A stretch of DNA of 64,000 nucleotides from positions 4,519-68,518 of IMG/VR virus record IMGVR_UViG_3300021961_000075. The stretch is one strand, 5' to 3'. The notes beneath the pieces are model-generated. The model was not told where the DNA came from and ran no database searches. It saw only the letters and a list, made by a program, of their open reading frames with translations. The position numbers were made by a program, and so were the translations under genes. Source of the stretch: a virus. Positions 9,879-19,883 of this stretch are shown in pieces. The number at the start of each line of letters is the position of its first letter. Position 1 is the first letter of the stretch.

Positions 9879-12272
9879 ATGGCGAATACAAAAGTAACAG
9901 GGGATTTAATAGCGCAAGGTACAATACATTCTGTAAACCTTGCAGACGGCTCAGTAACTGCCACTAAGCTACATAATATATCTACAGATCATATATCTGA
10001 AGGTACGAACCTGTTTTATACTGACGCCAGAGTAAGTACATACCTTACTACAAATAACTACGTAACAACAACTGAAATAGCCAACACGGCTAACTGGGAT
10101 GAAGCATACAGCTGGGGTAACCACGCTTTAGTAGGTTATCTTACGTCTTTTACAGAGACCGACCCTATTTTTACTGCTTCTGATGCTTTTGCAATTACTT
10201 CTACTCAAATAACAAATTGGGATACGGCTTATGGTTGGGGAGATCATTCAGCTGTAGGTTACTTAACTTCGTTCACTGAAACTGATCCCATATACTCTGC
10301 CTCTTCTTGGTTCAGCACAACTAACAATGCTAGCAATTGGGATACCGCATATTCTTGGGGTAATCACGCTACACAATCATATGCTACAGAAACTTATGTG
10401 AACACAGCTGTAGCTAACCTAGTTGATTCAGCCCCTACAACATTAGACACATTAAACGAGCTTGCTGCAGCATTAGGAGATGACCCTAACTTTGCTACAA
10501 CTGTAAGTACATCTATAGGGACTAAATGGACGCAAGACAATACTAAGATATCAAACTGGGATACAGCGTATAGCTGGGGCAACCACGCTAGTGTTGGGTA
10601 TTTGACAAGTTTACCATCACACACACACGATTATGTTCCAGAAAGAGGAAGAACAGATTGGAATGACGGAACTGTTATAGATGATGTAGTAGGTCAATTA
10701 GGTTGGTGGAACTACGGAAATAACCACACTATATTTGATGCATCTAAGTCAATCGCTCCAGGTGGTATTGCAAAAAATAACACAAATCCAGATGTTAGTT
10801 GGTCATCGACATATCCTACATTAATGGGTTGGAATGGCTCAAGTACTTATGGCGTAAGGGTTGATTCATCAAGATTCGCAGATTATGCTGGCGCTCCAAC
10901 AAGTCCAACCTTTACGGCGTCTGGAGATTTTAGAGCCCCTATATTCTACGACTCCAACAACACTGGATATTACGTAGATCCTAACGGTGTAACAAATATA
11001 AATCATTTAAGAATAAATGGAGACTGGTCTTCTTATGGTTTACCATATACAGCAGCTTTTACTATAAGGGGTACATATCCAAGCGTGCAATATAGAAGCA
11101 CTTCATCTAACAGTATGTGGCTGTATCACATGGATAGCGCTGGAAACATACAGCATTACTATGCAGCTGGTACAGATAGTGAGAGTTGGTCTATAAAACA
11201 TACTATGGCGCCGGATGGTGTGTTTACGTCTACCGCTTCAATGCGTTCCCCTATATTTTACGACTCTAATGATACTAATTATTATGTAAATCCAGCTAGT
11301 ACATCAAATATAAGAAAAACTAATATAGTAGCAAGCGGTGTTGGTTGGGAAGATCATTTAAATTTATATTCTTCTGACGGCACAAATAAATGGAATTTAT
11401 TAGTCGACAACGGCGCTTCTGATTCGTTTAGAATAGCTTATAATAGTTCAGAAAAAATGAGGTTTGAGACTGGCGGCAATGTTACCACAGTTGGAGCTCA
11501 TTTTTCTAGCGATTCATTTAGAGCACCTATATTCTACGACTCTAACAATACAGGTTATTATATAGATCCCGCAAGTAGATCTATATTAGCTGATGTTGAG
11601 GCAAGAAATGGTATAAACTTAAGAAGAGACTTAGGCCCAAGCACGGGTATATCTTTTTACTCATCTAGTTATTATAACTGGCAGATATATATGTCTCCGG
11701 CCGCACAAACTGGATGCGGCGCTAATGGAAATCTAACAGCTCCTAGCGGTCTTGGGACTGTTACTAATTGGGCGTTACGTTCTAGAATGGAAGGTGTTTC
11801 TACTTATGGATGGCTTTGGGAAACTGGAGGCGGCGGAGGTGGTGGAGCTACAGCTTCTGCTGTAATGGAACTTGGAGCAACCACTGGTACATTGAGAGTT
11901 ATTGGTGACATGATAGCCTATGCTTCTGATGAAAGACTTAAAACAAACATAAAACCTATAGACGGTCCTATACAAAAAGTAAAACAAATATCTGGCGTAT
12001 CTTATGATTGGGTAGATAACATACAAGAAGAATATAATTTCCACCCTAATAATATGCATGAAGTAGGAGTACTAGCTCAAGAAGTGCAAAAAGTATTACC
12101 AGAAGCCGTAATGACAGCGCCAATGAATGCGCCTTACACTGAAAAAACAGGTATTGATCACGATTTTCTTACGGTTAAATACGAAAGAATAGTTCCACTT
12201 CTTATCGAAGCAGTTAAAGAACTATCAAATAAGGTTGAAGAACTTGAAAACAAATTAAATGGCACAAACTAA
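9879..12272 (+). CDS. Tail fibre with S74 chaperone domain
   Basis: 797 aa; WDTAYSWGNHA..GYLTSFTETDP and RAPIFYDSNNTGYYVDP repeats; C-terminal SDERLKTNI...VGVLAQEV...YERIVPLLIEAVKEL. Confidence 0.85.
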   Translation: MANTKVTGDLIAQGTIHSVNLADGSVTATKLHNISTDHISEGTNLFYTDARVSTYLTTNNYVTTTEIANTANWDEAYSWGNHALVGYLTSFTETDPIFTASDAFAITSTQITNWDTAYGWGDHSAVGYLTSFTETDPIYSASSWFSTTNNASNWDTAYSWGNHATQSYATETYVNTAVANLVDSAPTTLDTLNELAAALGDDPNFATTVSTSIGTKWTQDNTKISNWDTAYSWGNHASVGYLTSLPSHTHDYVPERGRTDWNDGTVIDDVVGQLGWWNYGNNHTIFDASKSIAPGGIAKNNTNPDVSWSSTYPTLMGWNGSSTYGVRVDSSRFADYAGAPTSPTFTASGDFRAPIFYDSNNTGYYVDPNGVTNINHLRINGDWSSYGLPYTAAFTIRGTYPSVQYRSTSSNSMWLYHMDSAGNIQHYYAAGTDSESWSIKHTMAPDGVFTSTASMRSPIFYDSNDTNYYVNPASTSNIRKTNIVASGVGWEDHLNLYSSDGTNKWNLLVDNGASDSFRIAYNSSEKMRFETGGNVTTVGAHFSSDSFRAPIFYDSNNTGYYIDPASRSILADVEARNGINLRRDLGPSTGISFYSSSYYNWQIYMSPAAQTGCGANGNLTAPSGLGTVTNWALRSRMEGVSTYGWLWETGGGGGGGATASAVMELGATTGTLRVIGDMIAYASDERLKTNIKPIDGPIQKVKQISGVSYDWVDNIQEEYNFHPNNMHEVGVLAQEVQKVLPEAVMTAPMNAPYTEKTGIDHDFLTVKYERIVPLLIEAVKELSNKVEELENKLNGTN

Positions 12273-14775
12273 AGTAAAGTTAGTATCTAACGGTGTTATA
12301 ACAGTTGATAATCTACACACTAATCACGGTATAACAACAGACCACATCGGCGAGGGTAGTAATCTTTATTACTCTGAAGCACGTATACAAAACTACCTTA
12401 ATACAAACAACTATATTACTAGAGCAGAAGTGTCGGGTGGTGAAACGCTTACAACTTTAAGTTTAGCAAATAATACCCTTACGTATGTTGATGAAGCTGG
12501 AACAACGTTCAATATTGATCTTTCACCTTATTTAGACTATACAGCATCATCGTGGTTTAATACAACTAACAACTCAGCTAATTGGGATACCGCGTATTTA
12601 TGGGGTGATCATGCAAGCGCTGGATACTTAACATCATTTACAGAAACAGATCCTATATATGTAGCTTCAAGTTGGTATACAACTACTAATAATGCTGGCA
12701 ATTGGGACGCGGCGTATAATTGGGGTGATCACGCTGGATTATACTCATTATTAGGGCATAACCATACGGAATCTGATATCACTGACTTTGGCAATTACGT
12801 GACCAGTATAACACATGATACAGTTAACACAAAACTCGTTGTAACAAATAGAGATTCTACTACAACTGATTTATCATTAGCGCAATATATTGACGATACT
12901 AACCTTGCTAGATTAGTTTCTGGTACATTAGACGGAGGTACAGGTGTGGCTACGTTTACTAGAGATGATTCTAGCACATTTACAGTTGATTTCTCAGCAT
13001 TTCTATCTGATGCCAATGATTATGTATCCTCAGCAAGTTTTAACACCTCCGATGGCGTCTTAACGCTTACAAGGTTTGGCGGCGAAACAGTTACCGTAGA
13101 TCTCGACAATAGATACTTGACATCGTTTACTGAAACAGATCCTATCTACACGACTTCATCTTGGTACACCACTACAAATAACAGTAGTAATTGGAATACT
13201 GCGTACGGTTGGGGTAACCATGCAAGTGCGGGGTATTTGACTTCATTTAACATAACAACACAGACTGATCCTAAGTATTTAAGAAGCGATACCGCAGATA
13301 CGGCGTCTGGTACGATTACTTTTTCATCTATATATAGCGGCGGTACTGGTGATTTTACCAATCTTAGTAATCCTAGTTATAAAGTGTCTGCAGGATCTGG
13401 GTATTGGAGAATACCTCATATTAGTAGCAGCAGTGTAACGTCTGGTGTTTATAATTTTGAAACTGGTAAAAGTGTTTACTGGGGTGAACCAGGCGATACA
13501 GGAGATTATCGCTTTAGAGGTAGAAGATTATTTGGAGAAACTGGCGTACAAGCGCCTACATATTATGCTTTAACTAACACTGGGTATTATGTAGATCCCG
13601 CTGGTACAAGTAATTTAAACTTTATAACAGGAGTGGATTTTAAATCTACTTCAACCTCTGCAACACCACGATACGATACCGCTTTTTTTGTGCTTCAAGC
13701 GCAACACTGGTATGGAGATACAAACGGACAAATAATGTATCTTGGAGAAAATGCAAATGACGTACTTATAAGAGGACAAGTAGCAATAGGTGGCGAGGCT
13801 ATTCAGTCAGGATACGCTCTTACAATGACTGGTTCAATTGATATGAATAATGGAACCGTTGATTATGTGGGTCAGTTACACTTCCAAGATAACGTTAGGT
13901 TTTATGATGACGGAAATGATAGTTATTTAAATTTTAAACACGGTAATACTTCTTACGGCGGTATTAAATTTTATGATGGCGGAAATATATTAAGAGGTTT
14001 TATATATAGTAGCACAGGTGGATTTGGATTATTAGACAACGACGGCCATTGGGCGGTTAGGACACAGACTGGAACTAGTCCTTTGGAACTTAGATGTAAT
14101 AATAATGTAGAATTTGAGGTTTATGATTCATATACACTTTCACCAGGTTCATCTCGTGCTCCTATATTCTATGACTCTAATGATACTAATACTTATTTTG
14201 ATTCAAATAGACTTGTAATTAGAGGTACCGATCCTACAGTAATACTAAGAGATACAAACCACAACTCTGCAATGCTTCATTGTAACTCCAATCTACTGTA
14301 CGTTCTTAGAGGGGGAAATGATACTACTACTTGGACACAAGTTAATGGACAATGGCCTGCTACATGGAACCTAACTAATAATTTGTATTCTGGTGGTGGA
14401 GCCGCTACTTTCGTTGGAGATGTAACAGCAAACACATCTGATAAAAGATTAAAAGAAAACATAAAGAACATACCGGACGCTATAGAAAAAGTAAAATCTC
14501 TTAATGGTGTTACTTTTGATTGGAAAGATAACCTTGAAGAAATACACTACACAAGACAAAGAATACACGATGTAGGAGTTATTGCCCAGGAAGTGCAAGC
14601 TGTACTTCCTGATGCTGTTAGACCAGCACCATTTGATACAGACGAAGAAGGTAACTCAAGATCTGGAGAAAACTACTTAACTGTTCAGTATGAAAAAATT
14701 GTACCGCTCCTTATAGAAGCCATAAAAGAACAACAACAACAAATTGAAGAATTAAAAGCACTCATAAACAAGTAA
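12259..14775 (+). CDS. Tail fibre with S74 chaperone domain (paralog of the preceding gene)
   Basis: 838 aa; same repeat families; C-terminal SDKRLKENI...VGVIAQEV...YEKIVPLLIEAIKEQ. Confidence 0.85.
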   Translation: MAQTKVKLVSNGVITVDNLHTNHGITTDHIGEGSNLYYSEARIQNYLNTNNYITRAEVSGGETLTTLSLANNTLTYVDEAGTTFNIDLSPYLDYTASSWFNTTNNSANWDTAYLWGDHASAGYLTSFTETDPIYVASSWYTTTNNAGNWDAAYNWGDHAGLYSLLGHNHTESDITDFGNYVTSITHDTVNTKLVVTNRDSTTTDLSLAQYIDDTNLARLVSGTLDGGTGVATFTRDDSSTFTVDFSAFLSDANDYVSSASFNTSDGVLTLTRFGGETVTVDLDNRYLTSFTETDPIYTTSSWYTTTNNSSNWNTAYGWGNHASAGYLTSFNITTQTDPKYLRSDTADTASGTITFSSIYSGGTGDFTNLSNPSYKVSAGSGYWRIPHISSSSVTSGVYNFETGKSVYWGEPGDTGDYRFRGRRLFGETGVQAPTYYALTNTGYYVDPAGTSNLNFITGVDFKSTSTSATPRYDTAFFVLQAQHWYGDTNGQIMYLGENANDVLIRGQVAIGGEAIQSGYALTMTGSIDMNNGTVDYVGQLHFQDNVRFYDDGNDSYLNFKHGNTSYGGIKFYDGGNILRGFIYSSTGGFGLLDNDGHWAVRTQTGTSPLELRCNNNVEFEVYDSYTLSPGSSRAPIFYDSNDTNTYFDSNRLVIRGTDPTVILRDTNHNSAMLHCNSNLLYVLRGGNDTTTWTQVNGQWPATWNLTNNLYSGGGAATFVGDVTANTSDKRLKENIKNIPDAIEKVKSLNGVTFDWKDNLEEIHYTRQRIHDVGVIAQEVQAVLPDAVRPAPFDTDEEGNSRSGENYLTVQYEKIVPLLIEAIKEQQQQIEELKALINK

Positions 14776-14779
14776 TTAC

Positions 14780-14787
14780 TATATTTG
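14780..14787 (+). promoter_or_regulatory. Bacteroidota-type -7 promoter element TAnnTTTG
   Basis: tatatttg in the intergenic gap, 20 nt upstream of ATG 14808; no clear -33 TTTG. Confidence 0.4.
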
Positions 14788-14807
14788 TATAACATAAACA
14801 ACTAGAT

Positions 14808-15167
14808 ATGAACTTAACTTACGAATGGAAGATTACGGCTTTGAAAAAAGCACCTTCGCTTGACGGCTTGTCAAATGTAATCACACACATTAGATTTGAC
14901 TACACAGGAACAGATGCAGACTCTGGAGAGTCACACACTTTTCACGGCGCTTGCCCTGTTGGAGCACCAAATCCTGAAAACTTTACCGAGATTACAACGC
15001 TCACTGAGGCTGATGTAATTGAGTGGGCTAAAGCTAACCACCCTACCGATCACATGGATGAGGTGATCGCTAAAGCTATAGCTGAGAAACTAACACCCAA
15101 AAACGAAGAAGTAACTGAGCTTGAGTGGTTAATATCAGCTACTCCTGTTGTAGAACCAGAAGCATAA
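14808..15167 (+). CDS. Conserved phage tail-region protein
   Basis: 119 aa; TYEWKI...DGLSNVI...LTEADVIEW pattern, often seen after S74 fibres. Confidence 0.6.
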   Translation: MNLTYEWKITALKKAPSLDGLSNVITHIRFDYTGTDADSGESHTFHGACPVGAPNPENFTEITTLTEADVIEWAKANHPTDHMDEVIAKAIAEKLTPKNEEVTELEWLISATPVVEPEA

Positions 15168-15955
15168 TGGCATTACAGAGTAGTGGAGCAATATCTATAT
15201 CGCAGATTAAAACAGAGCTTGGAAGTTCAAGTAACTCTTTAAGAACACTGTCTGCCGCAGCTGGAAAAGGAACTCCAGATGCTATGTCTGAGTTTTATGG
15301 GTATTCTTCTTACACCCCGCCAAATTATGTAAGTGGTGCTAGTTCTATAAGTGGAGGAGGAACTGCTTCAAATCCGTATGTTGTATCGTGGAGTGTTCAA
15401 GGTAGTTCTTGGAGTCAAAATAATTATAATTATTATTCTTATTTATATGGCTTATATTTAGAGGAAGATACATATTATTGTATTTATTATAATGATGATC
15501 CTAGTTGGGCATTTTATGCATACTTTGGAGCTTCAGGTGTTTTTACTCCACCACTTACTTTTAACAATAACACTTCAGCTACGCAAGTGATGAAGATAAA
15601 ATTTATTTCTGGTAACACTAACTTATACACTGGAAGTGGCGCGTTTAATGCAGTACAAGTTATTGGTGGTAATGGAGTTAGCCTTAATTACGCTAAATAT
15701 AACAACGGAAGCGGAAGTGCTTGGAATCAAGTAGTAAACACTACAGCAACAACTAATAACTTTACGATGGCTGTTGGTAATGATTTTTATATTAGATCAT
15801 ATTTTAACCAAACTTATTTTGAAGCTTATGATTATGATGCTTGTATTGGTAACCAAAGTGAATATAATTGGGCTATTCAAGCAAATCAACCAGCAGCAAA
15901 TTATCAAGTTACACTTTCAAATTATGTTATTCACGTTTGGTTTGAATTAGTATAG
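15167..15955 (+). CDS. Tail-associated adhesin-like protein (start reassigned to ATG 15167)
   Basis: TAATG stop/start overlap with the upstream gene; MALQSSGAISISQIKTELG N-terminus; Y/N-rich body. Confidence 0.6.
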   Translation: MALQSSGAISISQIKTELGSSSNSLRTLSAAAGKGTPDAMSEFYGYSSYTPPNYVSGASSISGGGTASNPYVVSWSVQGSSWSQNNYNYYSYLYGLYLEEDTYYCIYYNDDPSWAFYAYFGASGVFTPPLTFNNNTSATQVMKIKFISGNTNLYTGSGAFNAVQVIGGNGVSLNYAKYNNGSGSAWNQVVNTTATTNNFTMAVGNDFYIRSYFNQTYFEAYDYDACIGNQSEYNWAIQANQPAANYQVTLSNYVIHVWFELV

Positions 15956-15956
15956 T

Positions 15957-16094
15957 ATGGAAAATTTAGAACAAAAAATTAAAGAGCTAGCAAAATATCT
16001 TGTTAATCCTGAAAATAGAAAAAATAAAGGAGAATATCTAGCAAATATGGCTATGTTTCGTTTTTTACGTAAATTACAAGAAGATGGACAATAA
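15957..16094 (+). CDS. Hypothetical 45-aa protein (not in ORF track)
   Basis: MENLEQKIKELAKYLVNPENRKNKGEYLANMAMFRFLRKLQEDGQ; begins 1 nt after the previous stop. Confidence 0.55.
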   Translation: MENLEQKIKELAKYLVNPENRKNKGEYLANMAMFRFLRKLQEDGQ

Positions 16095-16107
16095 AATATA
16101 TTTTATA
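16084..16107 (+). repeat. 24-nt direct repeat, copy 2
   Basis: atggacaataaaatatattttata. Confidence 0.85.
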
Positions 16108-16182
16108 GCAGATCGAGTGCAAACAAATTAAATCAACAGCAAAATAAGTAATATATAAACTATAATCAAATAATTTTTTATC

Positions 16183-16419
16183 ATGTCAAAGATCACAGAA
16201 AAACAATTAGAGAATCTTCAAAAGAAAATTGCAACAATCCAAGAATTTCAAAGACAAATTGGAACGCTTGAAGGGCAAAAACACATTTTACTACATCAGC
16301 TAGTAGTTGCTCAAGATGAACTTCAAAAAATGCAAACAACTTTAGAAGAAGAGTACGGTAAAGTTTCTATCAATATCCAAGACGGAACTTACACCGAAAT
16401 TACCGAAGACGAAGCTTAA
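16183..16419 (+). CDS. Hypothetical coiled-coil protein
   Basis: 78 aa; A/T-rich leader; LEEEYGKVSINIQDG end. Confidence 0.7.
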   Translation: MSKITEKQLENLQKKIATIQEFQRQIGTLEGQKHILLHQLVVAQDELQKMQTTLEEEYGKVSINIQDGTYTEITEDEA

Positions 16420-16453
16420 TTGGTTAGCTTTAAAAAAACCAATAACCAAAACC

Positions 16454-16738
16454 ATGACCTATTTTTACAAAACCTACTCTTGGTCGCAAGGCGATACAGG
16501 AGTACCCGAAGAAACCAGGACGCTTTGGGAGCACATCGCTGACAAAAAGAACTGGAGAATTGTTCAGTTACCAAATGGGTATTACCAGGCCGAGTACGAG
16601 CATGATGGACAATGGGTTGATGTAACACGCAGAGAAACAATTAAAACTTGTGAAGCTGCAATAGACGCATCGATCGAGCATTATCGCAAAAGACTTGAGT
16701 TTTTGAAAGGACCCAAAGTAGTAAAAACCTTTAACTAA
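16454..16738 (+). CDS. Hypothetical protein upstream of groEL
   Basis: 94 aa; co-oriented, A-rich leader. Confidence 0.7.
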   Translation: MTYFYKTYSWSQGDTGVPEETRTLWEHIADKKNWRIVQLPNGYYQAEYEHDGQWVDVTRRETIKTCEAAIDASIEHYRKRLEFLKGPKVVKTFN

Positions 16739-16762
16739 CCACACTTTTATAAATTTAATTAA

Positions 16763-18328
16763 ATGGAATATAATCAACCAAGTGAGATTGTTAAAGATCT
16801 TTCATTTGGCGAATCAGCCAGTGAAAAAATAATAAGTGGCGTTGACAAACTAGCTAATGCTGTTAAGTCAACCCTTGGCGCTTCAGGTAAGTGTGTAATT
16901 TACGAAGATGCTCTTGGTAAACCAGTTATAACTAAAGACGGTGTTACTGTAGCCGAATCGGTTGTACTTTACGACCCAGTTGAAAACATGGGTGCTACAC
17001 TAATTAAAGAAGCCGCCAAAAATACAGTGAAAGAAGCGGGTGACGGTACGACAACTTCTACCGTCCTCGCTCAATCACTACTAAGACAGGCAAAAAATGC
17101 CTTAGACAATGGTGTCAAAATAAGGGAACTTCATGACGCTTATAATTCTGGATTAGATTTTGTAAATACATATTTAGATAAAAACAAAATCGAAGTAGAA
17201 GGAAGTATGTTGAGAGATGTTGCTACTATATCTACAAACAACGACTTAGTTTTAGGTAGTATGATTTCTGAAGCATACAACAAAGTTGGTAAGCACGGTG
17301 TTGTTTTAATGGAAGAGTCTGAATCTGAAACAACATACTTTGAAATAGTTGATGGAGTTCAGTTTGACTCAGGTTTAAAATCACCGCACTTAGCTACAAA
17401 CGAAGACAACGACAAGTCTGAATTAGAAAATCCATACATACTAATTGTAGCGTCACCAATCCCTAGCATAAGAAAAATACAAGCTGTACTAGAACATGTT
17501 ATAAAAGAAAAGCGCAGCTTATTAATCGTGGCAGAAGTTGAACAACAACCATACGCTGCTTTATTAACAAACAAAGTAAAAGGTAATATCAAGATTAACA
17601 TTGTTGATGTTCCTGGCTTTGGTTCTACAAAAAGAGACACAATAGAAGATCTAGCTGCATTAACTGGCGCAACTATTATAGATGAACAGTTAGGTGATGA
17701 TCTTGATTTGATTCAACCTGAAGTATTAGGTGAAGCTATTAAAAGTGTCACTGATGCAAATAGCACGGTAATAACAATAGAAACCGTACCGCAAGAAGCT
17801 TTAGACCGTATAGATACTGTACAAAAGAAAATACAAAATGAAACTAATCCTTATATCAAGAAAAAGCTTGAGCAAAGATTGGCGATGTTATCTGGATCTG
17901 TAGGTATTATTAAAGTTGGCGCGAATAGTAAGGTTGAGTTGAAAGAAAAAAAAGATAGGGTGGAAGACGCTATCTACGCTGTTAAGGCGGCATTGCAAGA
18001 AGGTATTGTGCCTGGCGGTGGGGTTGCTTTGATTAATGCAATACAAAAGATGAACTCAAAAGATAATGTTGATCTTTATTTTCAAAGAGCTTTGTTATCA
18101 CCTTTTAGTACAATATTAGAAAACGCTGGCATAGAAGTACCGAGCGATTTTACTTATAGAAAAGGTTGGGGTATAAATGTTATAACTGGCAAACCTGTAA
18201 ATATGATTAAAGCAGGTATTATAGATCCAGTTCTTGTAACAAAGACAGCGCTAAAAAATGCTGTAAGTGTAGTTAACACGATTATTTCTGCAGACTGTGT
18301 TATCAGTAATAAAAGGATAGAGCAATGA
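16763..18328 (+). CDS. groEL: Chaperonin GroEL
   Basis: ITKDGVTVAE, AGDGTTTSTVLA, KKDRVEDA..AVKAALQEGIVPGGG and GIIDP motifs. Confidence 0.97.
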   Translation: MEYNQPSEIVKDLSFGESASEKIISGVDKLANAVKSTLGASGKCVIYEDALGKPVITKDGVTVAESVVLYDPVENMGATLIKEAAKNTVKEAGDGTTTSTVLAQSLLRQAKNALDNGVKIRELHDAYNSGLDFVNTYLDKNKIEVEGSMLRDVATISTNNDLVLGSMISEAYNKVGKHGVVLMEESESETTYFEIVDGVQFDSGLKSPHLATNEDNDKSELENPYILIVASPIPSIRKIQAVLEHVIKEKRSLLIVAEVEQQPYAALLTNKVKGNIKINIVDVPGFGSTKRDTIEDLAALTGATIIDEQLGDDLDLIQPEVLGEAIKSVTDANSTVITIETVPQEALDRIDTVQKKIQNETNPYIKKKLEQRLAMLSGSVGIIKVGANSKVELKEKKDRVEDAIYAVKAALQEGIVPGGGVALINAIQKMNSKDNVDLYFQRALLSPFSTILENAGIEVPSDFTYRKGWGINVITGKPVNMIKAGIIDPVLVTKTALKNAVSVVNTIISADCVISNKRIEQ

Positions 18329-18582
18329 GGGCGGTAAATAATTATGTTGTTATAGAGAAAATAAAAGAAGAACCAAAAAAACAAAACGGTCTTCTTATAA
18401 CAGATACGCACACTGACGATATTAGATACTTAAAAGGTAAAATACTAAGCGTTGGTAATCTAACTGAGGGTATAAAAGAAAATGATATTATATACTACGA
18501 CAGACACGCTGGACACGGTATAGAATACAATGAAAAGTTATACCACGTTGTAAGGCAACAAGATATTGTGCTTGTGGTATGA
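18325..18582 (+). CDS. groES: Co-chaperonin GroES
   Basis: 85 aa; overlaps the groEL stop; KKQNGLLI mobile loop, GKILSVG, VVRQQDIVLVV. Confidence 0.88.
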   Translation: MRAVNNYVVIEKIKEEPKKQNGLLITDTHTDDIRYLKGKILSVGNLTEGIKENDIIYYDRHAGHGIEYNEKLYHVVRQQDIVLVV

Positions 18583-19019
18583 AACTCTCAGCAGAGGATT
18601 TAAGGGATTTAAATTTACTTAAATACTATAGATTAATTAGAAGATGGGTTTGTAAGCAATACGGCTTAAAAGATGCCGATTTAGAATTACTTATTTATCT
18701 CGACTGCAAAGGTCTTTTTAAAAGAGACGACTTTATAAATGGTGTATTTACGTACACGTGGGACAAGCATCGATGGGAAAGACTTCGAACAGAAGGATGG
18801 ATTGATGTTTGGAAAGAACGTAATAGAAAAGACAGTAAGTACGCACTTTATAAAACATCGATGAAAACTAGATTGATGATAAACAGGATATACAAAATCA
18901 TGTTAGGTGAAGAAGATATACCTATTACTCAGTCTAATGTTTTTTACAAAAACAAAAGCTATAGCGACAAAGTATATAACAAAGCTATAGATGATATGAT
19001 TAAAGATAAAGAAAGATGA
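18579..19019 (+). CDS. Hypothetical protein, possible winged helix
   Basis: 146 aa; YGLKDADLELLIYL...WERLRTEGWIDVW; translationally coupled. Confidence 0.65.
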   Translation: MKLSAEDLRDLNLLKYYRLIRRWVCKQYGLKDADLELLIYLDCKGLFKRDDFINGVFTYTWDKHRWERLRTEGWIDVWKERNRKDSKYALYKTSMKTRLMINRIYKIMLGEEDIPITQSNVFYKNKSYSDKVYNKAIDDMIKDKER

Positions 19020-19291
19020 AAAAACTATTACTAATTTCAGCTTTCTTTTTGGCTAGTTGTTCTTCAGTGAAGGTCGTGTCTTCAGAAGATATAACATCTA
19101 GGACTCAATGGTTAGAGTCTAGCGAGGATAATCCAATTATCAACGTTATTCAGAAAGTTTACGCTAATGATGATCTTGAGATTGTCATTAAAAAAAAATA
19201 CACGACAGACTACGTTAAGATAATGCGACGTAATGGTAAAAAGATTATTAACAAAAAAACCAAACTAAATTATGCCTTACAACAAGACTAA
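19016..19291 (+). CDS. Putative lipoprotein
   Basis: MKKLLLISAFFLAS|C lipobox. Confidence 0.65.
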   Translation: MKKLLLISAFFLASCSSVKVVSSEDITSRTQWLESSEDNPIINVIQKVYANDDLEIVIKKKYTTDYVKIMRRNGKKIINKKTKLNYALQQD

Positions 19292-19355
19292 AAAATCGGG
19301 ATCAAAAAAGAAGTGTTCAAAGTGCGGAAAAGTTCACGCAGGTAAATGTAAATAA
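19272..19355 (+). CDS. 27-aa basic CCHC micro-protein (not in ORF track)
   Basis: MPYNKTKKSGSKKKCSKCGKVHAGKCK; fills the gap before 19373. Confidence 0.55.
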   Translation: MPYNKTKKSGSKKKCSKCGKVHAGKCK

Positions 19356-19372
19356 ATCTAAATTTAAAAAGT

Positions 19373-19612
19373 ATGAAAGTAATTTTAATTTTATTAGTTG
19401 TTCTACTAGTAATCGGTGGTTTGTGGTTTTTGGCTATGAAAGCTAAAAGCAAAGGTTTGTTAGAAGATAAAGATGGTGATTTTATCCCAGATGTTATCGA
19501 AGACAAAATTGACGACGTTAAAGAAAAAGTTCAAGACGTTAAAAACACAGTCAGTGAAAAAGTAGAAAACACAAAGACTAAAGTTAGAAACGCTAAAAAA
19601 GCTTTAAAGTAA
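19373..19612 (+). CDS. Membrane-anchored protein
   Basis: N-terminal TM helix, DKDGDFIPD motif, charged coil. Confidence 0.65.
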   Translation: MKVILILLVVLLVIGGLWFLAMKAKSKGLLEDKDGDFIPDVIEDKIDDVKEKVQDVKNTVSEKVENTKTKVRNAKKALK

Positions 19613-19616
19613 AATA

Positions 19617-19880
19617 ATGGCAAGACTTGATAAATCTAAAATGGCTTGTAACAAGCCGAAAAGAACACCAAGTCACCCAACTAAATCGCATGTAGTAAAA
19701 GCATGTTCAAATGGACAAGAGAAGATTATTAGATTTGGGCAGCAAGGAGTTAGTGGAGCAGGAAGCAAAACTGATGCAAAGTCTAAAGCGCGACGCAAGA
19801 GTTTTAAAGCGCGGCATGCTAAGAACATTGGTAAAGGCAAAATGTCTGCGGCTTACTGGGCTGACAAAGTAAAATGGTAG
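19617..19880 (+). CDS. Basic conserved phage protein
   Basis: IIRFGQQG...RRKSFKARH...SAAYWA motif. Confidence 0.75.
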   Translation: MARLDKSKMACNKPKRTPSHPTKSHVVKACSNGQEKIIRFGQQGVSGAGSKTDAKSKARRKSFKARHAKNIGKGKMSAAYWADKVKW

Positions 19881-19883
19881 AAA

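Noticed and set aside
10090-13240. Spaced repeats as a CRISPR array or shufflon
   Set aside because: The repeats are in-frame, degenerate at third codon positions, same orientation and irregularly spaced; no cas or invertase gene is present.
15400-15955. Tyr/Asn-rich (aat/tat) segment as a diversity-generating retroelement target
   Set aside because: No template repeat or reverse transcriptase is seen in the window.
4357-16170. GTAAT...TATA motif as a phage late promoter (4358, 14772, 16148)
   Set aside because: Spacing is inconsistent and the background is very AT-rich; it cannot be supported without motif statistics or TSS data.
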